Shown one piece after another: positions 62,325-64,000 of a stretch of 64,000 nucleotides of DNA; position 1 is the stretch's first letter; each line of letters begins with the position of its first letter. The notes beneath the pieces were generated by a model. It saw only the letters and a list, made by a program, of their open reading frames with translations. It did not search any database and was not told the origin of the DNA. The stretch lies in contig OX597816.1 of assembly GCA_951406725.2 (NCBI GenBank), forward strand, positions 57,164,001 to 57,228,000, given 5' to 3'. The stretch is from Octopus vulgaris (Eukaryota). A program made the position numbers and the translations under genes.

Positions 62325-62530
62325 TTGTCCCTTATGGTTTGACAACAGGTGTTGGTTTGTTTACATCCCCATAACTTAGTGATTTGGCGAAAGAGACCGA
62401 TAGAATAAGTACGAAACCTCAAAAATAATAAAAAAAAAAAACAGTACTTGGGTCAATGTGTTCGAGCAAAAATTCTTCAAGGCGGTGCCCCAGTATGACC
62501 GCAGTCCAATAATGAAACAAGTAAAAAGAT
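62320..62530 (+). mobile_element. SINE family B, 3' part
   Basis: gcgaaagagaccgatagaataagtac...ggcggtgccccagtatgaccgcagtc...gaaacaagtaaaaga. Confidence 0.8.
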
Positions 62531-62601
62531 GATCGGAAATATAAACGTGCAAGGCGCATCACAATAGCAAAAAATTAGAAAATAGAAGTCCATGCGAAAT
62601 A

Positions 62602-63155
62602 TTTACTCTTTTACTTGTTTCAGACATTTGACTGCGGCCATGCTGGAGCACCGCCTTTAGTCGAACACTTCAACCCCACAGCTTATTCTTTGTAAACCTA
62701 GTACTTATTCTACCGGTCACTTTTGCCGAACCGCTAAGTTTCGGGGACGTAAACACACCAGCATCGGTTATCTGCGTGTATATATATATGTGTGTGTGTG
62801 TTTGTGAGTCTGTATTTGTTATTTGTATATATATATATATATGTCTATGCTATGTGTATATATGTGTGTGTGTGTGAGTGTATGGGTATATGTGTGAATA
62901 GGTGTTTGTATATGTATGTGTGTGCATACATATGCACATATGGTAAGGGACAAACACAGACACACAAACGTATACAAACACATACATATGTATATATACA
63001 TATATACGACAGACCTCTTCCAGTTTCCGTCTACCAAATCCACTCACAAGGTTTTGGTCGGTCCGAGGCTATAGTAGAAGACACGCAGTGGGTGTCTGAA
63101 CCCGGGGCCATGTGATTGGTAAGCAAGCTACTTACCACACAGCCATTCCCGCGCC
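62602..63155 (-). mobile_element. SINE family B, full length, interrupted at about 62770-62941
   Basis: Tail 62602-62769 and head 62942-63155 are collinear with the consensus. Confidence 0.85.
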
Positions 63156-63353
63156 TAAATATTAAAATTAAAGAAAGGAAAATAAATGGGAAACTTTAAA
63201 AAAATGCGAAGGAAAAGAAAAGAAAAGATTTCTATATTTCTACGAAATGAAACATTGACAAGAAAGAAGAAGGATGTTAAGGCGGATGTGTCTATATGTC
63301 CTCGCGCGGACATATAGACACACGATTTAGGAGGATAGATATTGTGTGGGTGT

Positions 63354-63590
63354 AAGGCGGCGAGCTGGCAGAAACGTTAGCACCGCGGGCGAAATGCTTT
63401 GCGGTAATTCGTCTGCCGCTGCTACGTTCTGAGTTCAAATTCCGCCGAGGTCGACTTTGCTTTTCATCCTTTCGGGGTCGATTAAATAAGTACCAGTTAC
63501 GCACTGAGGTCGATATAATCGACTTAATCCGTTTGTCTGTCCTTGTTTGTCCCTTCTCTGTTTAGCCCCTTCTGGGTAGTAAAGAAATAG
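63354..63590 (+). mobile_element. SINE family A, full length
   Basis: Consensus match. atagatattgtgt occurs on both sides. Confidence 0.9.
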
Positions 63591-63594
63591 ATAT

Positions 63595-63772
63595 TGTGTT
63601 TGTGTGTGAGTGTGTTTGTGTGTGTGTATGGGAATGACAGCGTGTGTGTGTGTTTATGTGAGTGTGTTTGTGCGTGTGTGAGAGAGCGAGAGAGCTTGTG
63701 TGTGTAGGGGTGTTTGTAAAAGAGAGAGAGAGAGCTTGTGTGTGTGTTTATGTGTGTGTATGGGAATGACAG

Positions 63773-63810
<38 letters not shown>

Positions 63811-64000
63811 TGTTTGAGTGAGAGAGAGAGAGCTTGTGTGTGTGTGTGTCTGTATGTGTTTGTGTGTGCGTGTGTGTGAGAGAGATATAGCTTGTTTGTG
63901 TGTGTATGCGTGTGTATGAGAGAGTTTTATGTGTGTGTGTGTGAGTATGTGTATGCGTGTGTGTGTTTGTACGTGTATGAGAGAGATAGAGCTTGTTTGT
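63595..64000. repeat. (TG)/(AG)-rich degenerate minisatellite
   Basis: Recurring gagagagcttgtgtgtg and gtatgggaatgacagcgt units. Confidence 0.85.

Overview
AT-rich, microsatellite-saturated metazoan DNA with no recognisable host gene exon, so intergenic or intronic. The two dominant tRNA-derived SINE families and the repeat landscape look like an octopus (coleoid cephalopod) genome; this is an inference from recalled repeat sequences, not a database match. Nearly all ORFs in the track are translations of (TA)n, (CA)n, (TAA)n, (TATG)n or (GATA)n repeats. The real coding remnants are all transposon-derived: CR1-, RTE-, Tx1/L1- and R4/Dong-type LINE fragments, a Penelope-like (PLE) GIY-YIG endonuclease end, mariner fragments and a frameshifted Chapaev3-like transposase. 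Non-autonomous Helitron, Helentron-type, hAT, Tigger-like and piggyBac-like elements are also present. The most interesting signal is a set of type I hammerhead ribozyme (HHR) motifs. One is fully intact, at 58160-58275 inside a 199-bp unit bounded by a perfect 20-bp inverted repeat. A related motif lies at 7385-7468. A run of co-oriented motifs lies downstream of the PLE endonuclease remnant. A tRNA-headed SINE in three copies has a reconstructed tail that is a minimal PLE-type hammerhead. Coordinates were read by eye and may be off by a few bases, more for degenerate repeat boundaries.
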